DNA of 64,000 nt from Rhynchopus sp. YZ270_cl-10 (Eukaryota). The position numbers were made by a program, and so were the translations under genes. The notes under the pieces were generated by a model, which was given only the letters and a program-made list of their open reading frames with translations, searched no databases and was not told the origin of the DNA. Within the stretch, counting starts at the first letter, position 1. The number at the start of each line of letters is the position of its first letter. Below are positions 1 to 12,927 of this stretch, in pieces. The stretch covers positions 186,001-250,000 of the forward strand of contig OZ037841.1 of NCBI GenBank assembly GCA_964035575.1, written 5' to 3'.

Positions 1-81
1 CACGAATGCTCTAGTACTTGGAGGGGAAGGGAATTTCAACACAAAGGTGCTCTTTTCCAGCACAATAAAGCACATCATTAG
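1..81 (+). CDS. 3' end of the C2H2 zinc-finger accessory gene of the Helitron unit (partial)
   Basis: Identical to 10744-10824; reads HECSSTWRGREFQHKGALFQHNKAHH*. Confidence 0.65.
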   Translation, partial: HECSSTWRGREFQHKGALFQHNKAHH

Positions 82-613
82 AGAATAATTTTTTTTTTTT
101 CGTTTGGGGGTATTTCTTATCGCAGAGAATGTGCAAATTACTTCTTCCTGCGCAAAAATATGGGTTCCCCTTTTTTTAATGCACATGCAGATTGGTTTTA
201 ATTTTTGTCAAAATTTTCAAGATCATTTTTTAATTATTTTTTTTTGAAAACTTAGTTGTGAGACTTTTTTATTTTCCTTCTTGAAAACTCAAAACTTTCT
301 CCCACCCACCATTTTATATTTTCTACAATACAATTTCTAGCAATTTATCACAACTATTCAAAACTAACATAACAGTGGTCTGGGTACTTTACTTTTTGCA
401 AAAAAAAAAATGAAAAGACAACGAAAGCGAGGAAAGATCTGATGATGGGCACACTAATAAGAAGGCTAATACAAAGACAACATAAGCTGAAGAGGGAAAC
501 ACTTCCCCAAAACGAAAGAGAGTTTAATGAGAATTAATATTTCTATTCACATTGTTTCCCAGATTCCTTCTTTCTTCACATACATTAGCATAGGAACACA
601 TGGCATAAATAAT

Positions 614-3600
614 ATGAAAAGGCAACGTAGTGAGAGCGGGTCTGCGGATGGGCGTGCTGACAAAAAGCCTAAGACAACAAAAGAAGCAACACAGGAGGCA
701 GAAGAAGATGATACAGAAGCTTTTCAAAAACAGACTGGAGAGGATGATGAAGAAAAGGAAAAAACAGAAGATGAGCGCAATGAACCTACAACAGTAGAAT
801 GCAGTACAAAACGGAAGAGGGGAGATGATGAACCAAGAAGTGCGCAGGAGCAGAAACCTTTCATTTGTGAAAACTGTGGTGCCAGCTTTGCAGTAGATAA
901 ACAGCTCAAAGCACACAAAAAAGGCTCAAAAAAATGCAAAAAAACGTGTCCAAAGTGCAGAATTACGTTTTCTAATTTCCTTGAGAGGCACAATCATCAG
1001 AAGGGCTGCACAGGTGGGTTTCAGGAAGCACCTTCTACTCCTTCTCCTCAGGAAGCACCTTCTACTCCTGATGTGCCACCCCCCAAGAAGCAAAAACTGG
1101 ATAAGACTTCAGACGGCCGTTTCAAATGTCCTAATTGCGATGCTACATACAAACGTATTCACAAATTGACGGAGCATCTGAAAAAATGTCAACCTGCCTG
1201 TACTCTTTGTAGGCGCAGTTTTTCATCACCTCTGCAGGCACAGAAGGAAAATCATGCGTGCTTAGGAAAACTTTGCTGTGAGCACTGTGGGGAAGAATTC
1301 ACCGAGGTTAAAAACATGAAATCACATGCAGCAACCTGCGAAAAAACATGTCCGTACTGCTATGCACAGTTTGCAGAGGTAAATATTCTACTGAAACACA
1401 TCACACAATACTGCCTGAGGTTCAAAACTCTCAATTGCAAAATGGACTATCTTTCATACATTTTGCTTGGACAGGATGAGAGAGAGTTACAAAAGGAGAA
1501 TGTGAGTGCTATAACACCTGCACTGTCTGCTAGTGTTGCAGCAGTTTTGTGTTTGGCAGCCATAGAACTTCCCCAGTACTTTGACTTCAACGATTACACA
1601 CCGCCGTTATTTTCCTGGCTGTTCCATTCAGCTGAAGTATTTCGCATTTCGGCGTTAAGGACTTCTTCAAGGCCATACTATGCCACACAGGATAATCTGC
1701 TAAGGTTCCAAAAAGTGCTGCTGTGGTCACACATAAATGTTCCCTTGATTAAGGACAACAAACCAAAATCTCACACCTTCAACGACTGTGTGGTCGACAT
1801 CATGCAAAAAAAATGGGATCTCAGAAAGCTAAAGTCACTTGAAACAAAAAGGCAGCAGACGTATACCAAACTTGATGAGCTTGAGGAGGTTAAAGCTAGG
1901 ATTTTTTTGCTTGAGCATGAGGCCAGTTTTGTTACGCTGAGAAACGTGGACCCAATGTCAAAAATGGTGTTCGACCCAGCTTCTGTGGAGGAAGCAAAGT
2001 CTATATGGAGTGCACGGCAAATAAGAAACCTCAAGGAGCTCATGATCAAAGAGCAGAACCTCATGGGGGAGCTTATAGAGAAACATTCCAAAGCTGATTT
2101 TGACGTTGTACAGTCAGAGGCAAAATACATGTCTGGGACCCTGTTTCACGAAGCAGAGTTTCAGATGGAAAAACAGAGCAGTATTGTTGAGGAACAAAGA
2201 GCTGATCTAAACAGAAAGCTGCAGAGACAGGGAGTCAAAAAAATATTCACCTACCGGCACCTGGGGGCAGCACTGCGCGAAGAGGTGGATGACAGCATTA
2301 AGAAGCACTCATGCGGAGAGATGGACAAACCCTGCAAGCATTGCGGGGCATTGCTGTTTCGTGGAGAGTCATCAAAAATATGCTGCACTGGTGGAAAGGT
2401 GTCCCTGCCAGATATGCCCAAAATAATCAGCCAAGACCACCTTGAACTTCTTCAGGACAAATTCTACAAAAGGGTTTCAATTCAGCTGAACGCATTCTTC
2501 GCGATGGTAGAGAACAAAATCCGCCGAGACAGCCGTGTGCCAAAGGGCTTCTCAGCAGTGGCTCTGGAAGGTAGGGGATTAAAAAAATTCAATGGCTTTT
2601 ATGACGATGCTCTCACAGAGTCCTGGTTTGTTGATCCAAACGTCAGCAGCACAGACAATAAAAAAAGCATGACTGGAGGGGTCCTCCCTGACAATCTTCT
2701 TGGTCTTGCTGAGAAGTGTCATCTTCTTCTTGGAGACAATGCATTTGCAGCAAAGTTCAAAGCAATTTCACAGCAGTATAAGGGTCGCGAGGATGAGCTG
2801 AAGAAGATGAGGATTGACTTCCATGAAGTCCTGGCAAGCAAGACAGGGTCAGAATATACAACCGATGAGGCAAAGGGTGCTGTTAAGATGTTCTACACCA
2901 TCGATGAAGCCGCACCTGCAGAGCGCAAATTTACTGTGTACCCAATGTTTACGTGTGCTGAAAATGGGGGTAAGGATCCAAAGTGGAACGCACCAATCAT
3001 CATTGATGACTTTAACCAACTCTATGAACTGCTTTCATATCCATTAGCCCATCTGAATCCCACCGAGAATAATGGGTTCCGCCTGAAGATGCCTCACAGG
3101 GTGGTGAACCGCGGAGCTGCATCTGACAGTGATGATGATGATGATGATGATGCCCAAAACACGAACAACCCTGAACCAACAGCACCAAACCCTGAAGCGC
3201 TCAACAGCGGTGAAAAGGATGATGCGATGCAGGTAGACCCTGAAGAGTGGAATGGTGGATGGGAACGTTGTGCAGAAGAAGACAGAGCTGTGGACTCAAT
3301 GCATGAGGTTCTTCGCAACGCTACTAACCTAGCTGAAACGACACCATCTTCAACATTCATCTCAGCAAAGCAGTACGCAACATATCTCATGCACCACCGT
3401 CCGAACAGCAGCAAAGACCCGTTGTCCTACAACCCCCTGCTCATGCATGGAACGCTGACACAGCAGTTCTTCATCGACATGGCGATGCGTGGCATGTATC
3501 AGCGACTGAAATACCATATTGTTGGAAGGGGAATGGGCTACGCCTCCAAGAAAGACATCACCTCTGGGAAACAGATTCCACCGACAAACGAAATCTCTAT

Positions 3601-6600
3601 GCCTTCTTCATTTGAGAGAGGAGTAGCTGCGAGGGCACAATTACTCAACGACACACTTGCAATATACGCAAAGTATGGGAAAGCTGATTTCTTTCTCACA
3701 ATGACATGCAACCCGATGTGGGAGGAGATACAATCCAATCTTCTCGAAGGAGAAACGGCCCTCGACCGTCCGGAGCTTGTTCACCGTGTGTTCGACTTAA
3801 AAGTCAAGGAACTTGTGGACGACATACGCAAAAAGAATGTTCTTGGACAAAATATTGCAATGGTGATGGTGACCGAGTACCAGAAGAGAGGGCTCCCTCA
3901 CTGCCACGCAATCCTTTGGAACAACAATAAAACGTCACCTAAGGACCCGTTCAACATCGACCACATCGTGCATGCTGAGCTCCCGGACCCAGAAACACAT
4001 CCTAACCTCTACAAAGCTGTAAGCGAGTACCTCATGCACAATGACTGCCTTAAAAATAGAGGCTCTCCCTGTCTACAGAAGGGAAAGGATGGAAAGTGCA
4101 AATATTGCAAGTCCAACTTCCCCAAGGACTTCAGAGATTTCACCACCTCTGGCAATGATGGCTACGCCTTTGTCATAAGAAGGGATCATGGGATACTGTC
4201 TTATGTGGATCCAGACGTTGTGAAGAAATGGAAAGAAAAACACCCAGGGGAAACTACTCACCCAAACCAGAGGAACAACAGGTGGGTGGTTCCCTACAAT
4301 GCGTATCTTCTCCTCAAGTACCAGTGCCACATCAACATTGAGGCAGTGCGCGGGATTCTTGCTGCTAAATATTTGTTCAAATACTTATTCAAGGGGGAGA
4401 ATGAGGTAGATGGTGTGATAAAGGAAGATACAAAGCATAAAGGAGGGCCATCAGAAGCAAAAACCACAACAACGACCACGACCACTGGGAGCATTATGAG
4501 GTTTCTGAAGGCACATTGTTTGACTGCGGCTGATGCTTGTGGGTACCTACTCGGAACAAAGATGGTGCGGATTTACCCAGGAGTGCAGAGACTCCACATC
4601 CACCTCGAAGATGAGCAGAGGGTGTACTTTCCTTTAAAGAATTATGGTGATGACTCAAGGAGAAGGGATGCGGCTGCAAAATCCAAAAGTACACTCCTTG
4701 CCTTTTTCGAAGCAAATGAAAGATGCAAGAAGCATCGTGAAGGCATTCCAGCACATGAAGCCTACAAAGGCTTTGACAAACTACTTTACAATGATGTCCC
4801 AGAATTCTTTTCTTACCCCAGAGAAAAGAAGGAATGGCAGCTGAGACCGGGATATGGGTGGTGCGAGGAAGAAGGCTGCTATAAACCTGGCCCTCACTCA
4901 AAAAGAAATGAAGGAGAAGGCCTCTCAATCGGCAGGATGTACTGGGCCCCTGTAAAGGATAAGGAGTTGCACTGTCTCCGTCTACTTCTTCTGTGCAAGC
5001 GTGGATCATGCAGCTTTGAAGAGCTGAGAACCATAGGCTCCGTTGTTCATCCTACATTTTATGCAGCTGCAGCAGAAATGGGGCTTATCCATGATGGGGC
5101 AATCTTGCGTAACGCCCTGAAAGAGTGCATCAATACAACACTGTCCTCACGTGCCATCCGTTTTACGTTTGCAATGATAATAATAAACTACATGACCACT
5201 GCAGAAGACGTTGCAAAGGCGTGGGCAGAGTATGAGTTTGAGCTGTGTGCGCCACCTTTGGACAGAGTAAAAAGGCAGGAACGGGAGGAAGCAGTACCAA
5301 GCAACCACATCTACCCTAAAGAGAAGCGTAAAGCTTTGCTAGACATGCAACGGCTCCTTAAGGAAGCGAACGTTAAGACTTCAATGGAAGATCTTGGGCT
5401 CCCCACTCCTCCTGAAGGTACTACAGGGCAGAGCACAGAGTTTGTCTTAAACACAGAGAGGTATGATGAGGGTGAAATGCTGAAGAAGTTTGAACAGATT
5501 CAAGGCAACCTCAACGAAGGGCAGCAGAATGTCTTCAACTCTGTGAAGGAATCTGTTGAAGGTAACCAGGGGAAGGTCATATTTTTGCAGGGTGCAGCAG
5601 GAACAGGCAAGACATTCCTGTACCAGGCGTGTTTGTACTGGGCCAGGAGCAGAAGGGCAAGGGCAAAGCAACAACAGCAGCAGCAGCAGCAGCAGCCACT
5701 TCAACAGAATGAGGAGGACCGCTTTTCAATCGCTGTGGCAACATCAGGGATAGCAGCTACACTACTACCAGGAGGCAGAACTGCACACAGCCGATTTAAG
5801 ATCCCAATAGATCTTGAACCAAACTCAAAGCGGATGTGCGGGCTTGATGATGACCATGTCGAACTCCTAAGGCGCACTGACCTCATTGTCTGGGATGAGG
5901 TGGTAATGGCACAAAAGGCAAGCATAGAGGTAGTAGACAGAACGCTTCAGAGGTTGAGGGGATGTTCACAACCATTTGGAGGAGTGACAGTGCTTCTTGG
6001 AGGAGACTTCAGGCAAATCCTTCCTGTTCCAGGGGCAAACAAAGGGAGCTTTGAAAGCATCTCGATTTCGCTCCACAACTCATACCTCTGGAACCAACTC
6101 ACAAAAATGTCCCTGACGCAGGTCATGAGGGTGAAGGACGACGACGCTTTCCGTGAGTACCTCATGAAGGTTGGTGATGGGTCTGTGAATGAGGCTGGGG
6201 ATGTGGAGGGTGCTGAGGACACAGAAGCAGTTATGCAGGTGCCACATGCTATCATTTTTGAAAAAAAGAACAAAAAGGTGACTGAGGATACTTTGATTGA
6301 CTTTACATTTCCTGACATCAAGAATGGAATGTATGAGAACTGTGCTTTGCTGTGCCCTACAAACGCACGCCAGGTCTACATGAACGAAAAAATTCTCAGC
6401 AGCTTCCCAGGAGAGACAATTACCCGTATGTCAGAGGATACCTGCAAGGACCCAGGAGCAAATGAATTCTTCACCACTGAAGCACTCAATGCAATGAACC
6501 ATGCACGTCTTCCTCCACACATCCTGAACCTGAAGGTCAACTGTATTGTAATGCTTCTAAAGAACCTCGACCCCGCAGGTGGACTGTGCAATGGAACGCG

Positions 6601-8160
6601 TCTTGTTGTGAAGGAGGTGAAGAAGAACATCCTTGTCTGCACCCACCTGGCGGAAGAATGCGAGTGGCGGAACAAAAACGGGAAAAAGCCAGAAACTGTT
6701 GCCATACCTCGCCTGCCCTGCGATGGTGATGCGAAGGATCTCACCATCGACTTTGTACGTCAGCAGTTTCCAGTGCGGCTGTCTTTTGCCATGACGATTA
6801 ATAAGTCTCAGGGACAAACTCTCAGGAGGGTGGGTCTTGATGTGTCACAGTCGCCAGTTGCTTCTCTCATGGCCATCTGTACGTTGCAATGTCAAGGGTG
6901 TGCAGCAGGAATGACATCAAGATTTGTCTTCCACCTCAAGGTGATACAAATTTGTATAACTGTGTCCACCAGGAGGTCATCTCTGCCATTGAGGAGTCAG
7001 TTGGGGGAATAAAGATGAAGGTCAGTAAGGAAAGGAGGAATCAGCTGAAGCGGGACCTGAGGCTTACAGAGGCTGTATATGCAAAGGCCATGCATGAACG
7101 TGCAGCAAACCCTTCAGAAAACCCTGCAGTGGTGTGTTCCCCTGATGCTGATGGAAGCCCCATTGATGATAAAGAACACGAAATCAACAACCCGGCATGT
7201 GGAAGGTCTCTTGTAGTAACTCCCTGGACAAAGGATGAAGAAGAACAACCGATGGATTTCTATCCTTTTACATTTCCAGAGGGGGGATGGTATGTTAGCA
7301 TTACATTATGGTTACAGTAATTATTGTACATTTTTAATTAAATAATACACTACAATTTATACAGGGAATATATCCACAACAACGTTCCAGAAGCTTCTCA
7401 TCCACAAAAAAATGTAACAACTACAGTTTCTGAAAAAAATAGGTATGTTTTTTTCGTGGTCAACAACTTTAAAACCATTACCAATATTTTACAGGAACAA
7501 TGAGAATAATATTCAACATGTTCTGAGCAGGTTCAACCTCGGACAAATTGACGTTACTGGTGATGGAACGTGTTTCTATCACGCCATACAGCAGCTCCTC
7601 ACTGGAAAAAGAAATGATGGTCATGCTCTACGCAGAAGATTTGCAGAGTTCTTGCTCAGGAATGAGATTATGATCCAGGAGCATCCCTTACTTTTTGATG
7701 ATGAAGAGAAAAAAAAAAGGTATGTAGCATTTGTATTTGTGCAAACCCGCAAACCCGCAAACCTAAACTTTTCTACCACACCTGTAAACAAAACAGGAAC
7801 TTTGATGACCTTCTTCAACGCGTCACAAATAATGCCGATGACAGTTATGCGCAGGAGGTAGAAGTAGCACTGATGTCTCTCATGCTTAGGTCTCTTATCA
7901 CAGTAGTCACTTCTAGGACCTATGAGACAGAAGGATATTCTTGCTTTCATTTTTTGCCAAAGGGGCAATCTCCTGAAGATGTTCTTATGCAAATACCATC
8001 AGAAAAGAGACTGCTGATAGTGCAAACTTATCAACCTCCCCACTTCAACATTGGTACAGGAACTCCAGAAAATGTACTGAAAGCACATAAAAAAGCCCTA
8101 ATTTACCCCACATTTCCAGACAATCACCTTTCTGACTTTCAACCGGGTGATCTTGACTAA
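614..8160 (+). CDS. Helitron RepHel transposase (N-terminal zinc fingers, HUH/Y2 Rep, PIF1-family helicase) with spliced C-terminal OTU cysteine-protease domain; one frameshift at ~6857
   Basis: Multiple CxxC..H fingers (~865-1420); Helitron Zn motif CKHCGALLF..CCTGGKV; Rep motifs FLTMTCNPMW, EYQKRGLPHCH and KYLFKYLFKG; Walker A GAAGTGKT; IVWDEVVM; GGDFRQILPV; LCNGTRL; FAMTINKSQGQTL. The motif FSHGHLYVAMSRV continues in another frame after 6858. In-frame GT-AG introns at 7290-7364, 7443-7494 and 7720-7796 join to OTU motifs GDGTCFYHA, YAQEVEVALMS and PPHF. Start placed at ATG 614 (MKRQR); the ORF is open from 527. Confidence 0.9.
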
Positions 8161-8908
8161 AAAAATTTTTTCCTTTTTTTCTTTACAGTAAATTACTGTA
8201 AAAGACTTTTATTTTTATTTTTATTTTTTTTTTCTTCCCAGCCGGAGAGAATCAGATTAAATCTCTTGTGATGAAGAAATATTTGTTTGAACATGTTCAT
8301 TGGATTGAAAAAAAATATGAGAAAAAAAAAACTGGGTAAGCTTAGCCCATCTAAAAAAAAGGATTTTATTTTTGTTTCTGTTTCACTGTTTTTTTAAACT
8401 GTTTTTGTGGAGTTCGTTTAGTTTTAAAAAAAATCAATTAGTTTGGAAATTGTAGCAGTTTTTATTTTTACAGAGACTTTTTGACCGGTTTGATCAGCAG
8501 TTTTTGTTGTTTTTTTCTTCCCAGCCGGAGATACTCTCTTGTGATGAAGAAAATATTTTTGTCTTGGATTAAAAAAAATAAGGAAATATAGGGTTTGCGG
8601 GTTTTCGGGTTTGCGGAAGAGGTTAAAACATAGCTTTAAAAAAAGACTACACCTTGAAGAAGGCGCTCACTTTGGCGGGTGAGAGTATTGTCATGCCATA
8701 AAAATAAAAAGATCAAAAATGAGAAAAGGAAAAAGAAAAAGAAAAAGAAAAAACACACAAAATGACTGAATAGCTCACGCACTTTTACTGTTTCTTTTTT
8801 CCTATCCTCATCACCACCACTTCCCACACAGAAACCTACACATACCTGATATTCAATTCATCCATACAAATGAATTTTGTAATCTTGATCAGTGCACAGA
8901 TTATGTAC

Positions 8909-9560
8909 CTGGGAAAATTTTTTTGGTCAAAATCCTGGTTTTTGCGGTCTCACACGTGTGTATGACCAAATTTTAGGTGGTCAAAAGTGGAGTCTGACCC
9001 CCATGTCCCGGTCATAAAAATTTCCTGTGAAGCCATTGACGAAGGAACTTTGCACTTTTGATCACTGCACACTATGTACTGACCAAAAAACCCACACAAA
9101 ACACCAAAAACACCAAAAATCATGAAAAAACTGATCCATGCATTTTAGGTCAAAAATACCCATTTCTCAGCGCAAATTGACCCCACCACAGCACGCACAG
9201 ACTCCGGAGAGCCAAAATCAAAAAATTTTTTTTTCGATTTTTTGTAGGCAAAAATTGCTGGGAAAAATTTTTTGGTCAAAATCCTGGTTTTTGGGGTCTC
9301 ATACATGTGTATGACCAAATTTTAGGTGGTCAAAAGTGGAGTCTGACCCCCATGTCCAGGTTATGGAAATGTCATATGAAGCCATTGCTGAAGGAATTTT
9401 GCACTTTTGCGCATCAACAATTATGTACTGGGCATTTTTCCCACACAAATTTGACCCAGTACTCAAGGTCAATTTGACCTTGGTTCTTCTCTCAGGGTCT
9501 TCTGACCAATTTTTAACATGTCTAAAATGGTATCTGACCCCCATGTCCAGGTCATAAAAA
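8909..9560. repeat. Internal direct repeats (~350-bp spacing) in the 3' non-coding part of the Helitron unit
   Basis: CTGGGAAAATTTTTTTGGTCAAAATCCTGGTTTTTG...GTATGACCAAATTTTAGGTGGTCAAAAGTGGAGTCTGACCCCCATGTCC occurs at ~8909 and ~9258, with a partial third copy at ~9503. Confidence 0.85.
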
Positions 9561-10259
9561 CGCCCAATCAGTCCATTAAAGCCACAGATTTGATGTTTTG
9601 AGTAGTTGTGGTTAAATGTGGCCCAATTTTCCCAGCCAAAAAATGACCCCAAAAATCACGAAAAAAAATATTTTAAAGCCGATACACTTACACACCTAAA
9701 TTTGGCCCAATATGTCCAATGTGGTCCTCCAGGGTTGCAATGGCCTCATTTTATGGGCATACTGGCCATATTTCATACTTATGTCACATTTTGAAATTTT
9801 CGTCACATACAATACACACACCTTAGAACCACAAAATATCGTCAATTCCTTCACAAAAATAGCCGTGAAATGCCGCACCCATTTTAGGTATCTTCAGAAA
9901 ATGCTAACATCCAAACCCAGTACATTACGTCGTTTTTGGGCCCCAATCTACCGGAGTGTATTATCAGAAATACTGGGACCACGCGATCCAGCAATCCTGC
10001 AGCGTCGCCATTTTGTACCCCTCAAACCCGTAATAACTAGAAACCCGCACAAGAAGAAAGCTCGCTAAAATGTAGGAGGCTGGTGTGGTTGTGAACAGAA
10101 CTTATTTTTTATTGTCTGAAGGTTTTGCATTTTTACAAATGTGAATGCCGAAAAAATTGAATAGAAAAATGAATTAAACTTGGCTCACCCCTCATTTCTC
10201 TTTTCATAGCACTTTTGTACTCACACACCAAAAACAGGTGAACTATTTCTCAAAAAACT

Positions 10260-10824
10260 ATGAACACCATGAAGATTAAGCGGAAGCCAGTGCCCTTTGT
10301 GCAGAAGAAAGATGCACCAAGCATGTTGGCGGTGTTCAATGTGCAGGATCAAGCTCCTCATGAGAATGAGGAATTGCCACCAATTCCAGTGTGCTCCCAG
10401 AAGAAGGAGACAGTACTAACGAAGGTACAGGAGCAAGGCGTTAAAACAGAGGAGCAAACTCAGAAGGACTCTGTGCTTCCGTCAGAACAGGCCGCAGCAT
10501 TGGAAATTCCTGTTTCTGCAGAAAGCTTTTCCTCAGTGACTGAAGAGCTGAAAGAGGTGAAACAGACTGTCTCAGATCTCAAGAAACAGCTGAACGAAGT
10601 GTTCCTTCTGTGTCAGGACATGAAAAAGGTATGTATCAACTTTTCAAGTATCACTTTCAACAACTCAAACTCAACAGGAGCTAGACAGAAAGAGAAAGCG
10701 CGAAGCAGCAGAAGACGAAAAAATAGCAAAGACGTGTTATGCTCACGAATGCTCTAGTACTTGGAGGGGAAGGGAATTTCAACACAAAGGTGCTCTTTTC
10801 CAGCACAATAAAGCACATCATTAG
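10260..10824 (+). CDS. Helitron accessory protein (~171 aa): coiled coil, basic NLS-like RKRKR and a C-terminal C2H2 zinc finger; 2 exons (10260-10628, 10678-10824)
   Basis: Removing intron GTATGT...CAACAG (10629-10677) gives ...ELKEVKQTVSDLKKQLNEVFLLCQDMKK/ELDRKRKREAAEDEKIAKTCYAHECSSTWRGREFQHKGALFQHNKAHH*, with a C-x4-C...F-x5-L-x2-H-x3-H pattern. Confidence 0.7.
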
Positions 10825-11356
10825 AGAATAATTTTTTTTTTTTCGTTTGGGGGTATTTCTTATCGCAGAGAATGTGCAAATTACTTCTTCCTGCGCAAAA
10901 ATATGGGTTCCCCTTTTTTTAATGCACATGCAGATTGGTTTTAATTTTTGTCAAAATTTTCAAGATCATTTTTTAATTATTTTTTTTTGAAAACTTAGTT
11001 GTGAGACTTTTTTATTTTCCTTCTTGAAAACTCAAAACTTTCTCCCACCCACCATTTTATATTTTCTACAATACAATTTCTAGCAATTTATCACAACTAT
11101 TCAAAACTAACATAACAGTGGTCTGGGTACTTTACTTTTTGCAAAAAAAAAAATGAAAAGACAACGAAAGCGAGGAAAGATCTGATGATGGGCACACTAA
11201 TAAGAAGGCTAATACAAAGACAACATAAGCTGAAGAGGGAAACACTTCCCCAAAACGAAAGAGAGTTTAATGAGAATTAATATTTCTATTCACATTGTTT
11301 CCCAGATTCCTTCTTTCTTCACATACATTAGCATAGGAACACATGGCATAAATAAT

Positions 11357-12927
11357 ATGAAAAGGCAACGTAGTGAGAGCGGGTCTGCGGATGGGCGTGC
11401 TGACAAAAAGCCTAAGACAACAAAAGAAGCAACACAGGAGGCAGAAGAAGATGATACAGAAGCTTTTCAAAAACAGACTGGAGAGGATGATGAAGAAAAG
11501 GAAAAAACAGAAGATGAGCGCAATGAACCTACAACAGTAGAATGCAGTACAAAACGGAAGAGGGGAGATGATGAACCAAGAAGTGCGCAGGAGCAGAAAC
11601 CTTTCATTTGTGAAAACTGTGGTGCCAGCTTTGCAGTAGATAAACAGCTCAAAGCACACAAAAAAGGCTCAAAAAAATGCAAAAAAACGTGTCCAAAGTG
11701 CAGAATTACGTTTTCTAATTTCCTTGAGAGGCACAATCATCAGAAGGGCTGCACAGGTGGGTTTCAGGAAGCACCTTCTACTCCTTCTCCTCAGGAAGCA
11801 CCTTCTACTCCTGATGTGCCACCCCCCAAGAAGCAAAAACTGGATAAGACTTCAGACGGCCGTTTCAAATGTCCTAATTGCGATGCTACATACAAACGTA
11901 TTCACAAATTGACGGAGCATCTGAAAAAATGTCAACCTGCCTGTACTCTTTGTAGGCGCAGTTTTTCATCACCTCTGCAGGCACAGAAGGAAAATCATGC
12001 GTGCTTAGGAAAACTTTGCTGTGAGCACTGTGGGGAAGAATTCACCGAGGTTAAAAACATGAAATCACATGCAGCAACCTGCGAAAAAACATGTCCGTAC
12101 TGCTATGCACAGTTTGCAGAGGTAAATATTCTACTGAAACACATCACACAATACTGCCTGAGGTTCAAAACTCTCAATTGCAAAATGGACTATCTTTCAT
12201 ACATTTTGCTTGGACAGGATGAGAGAGAGTTACAAAAGGAGAATGTGAGTGCTATAACACCTGCACTGTCTGCTAGTGTTGCAGCAGTTTTGTGTTTGGC
12301 AGCCATAGAACTTCCCCAGTACTTTGACTTCAACGATTACACACCGCCGTTATTTTCCTGGCTGTTCCATTCAGCTGAAGTATTTCGCATTTCGGCGTTA
12401 AGGACTTCTTCAAGGCCATACTATGCCACACAGGATAATCTGCTAAGGTTCCAAAAAGTGCTGCTGTGGTCACACATAAATGTTCCCTTGATTAAGGACA
12501 ACAAACCAAAATCTCACACCTTCAACGACTGTGTGGTCGACATCATGCAAAAAAAATGGGATCTCAGAAAGCTAAAGTCACTTGAAACAAAAAGGCAGCA
12601 GACGTATACCAAACTTGATGAGCTTGAGGAGGTTAAAGCTAGGATCTCATGCTTAGGTCTCTTATCACAGTAGTCACTTCTAGGACCTATGAGACAGAAG
12701 GATATTCTTGCTTTCATTTTTTGCCAAAGGGGCAATCTCCTGAAGATGTTCTTATGCAAATACCATCAGAAAAGAGACTGCTGATAGTGCAAACTTATCA
12801 ACCTCCCCACTTCAACATTGGTACAGGAACTCCAGAAAATGTACTGAAAGCACATAAAAAAGCCCTAATTTACCCCACATTTCCAGACAATCACCTTTCT
12901 GACTTTCAACCGGGTGATCTTGACTAA
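11357..12927 (+). pseudogene. Deleted RepHel-OTU gene: zinc-finger N-terminus retained (ORF ends 12673), OTU tail out of frame
   Basis: Identical N-terminus to copy 1 up to ...EEVKARI, then jumps into the last OTU exon in a different frame. Confidence 0.9.

Larger units (their letters stand above)
1..10040 (+). mobile_element. Helitron-like rolling-circle transposon, tandem copy 1 (left end outside the window)
   Basis: Encodes RepHel. Sequence from position 1 recurs at 10744 (period 10,743 bp). Identity with the next copy ends just after TAATAACTAG-AAACCCGCA (10031-10049 vs 14798-14816). The exact termini are uncertain. Confidence 0.9.
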
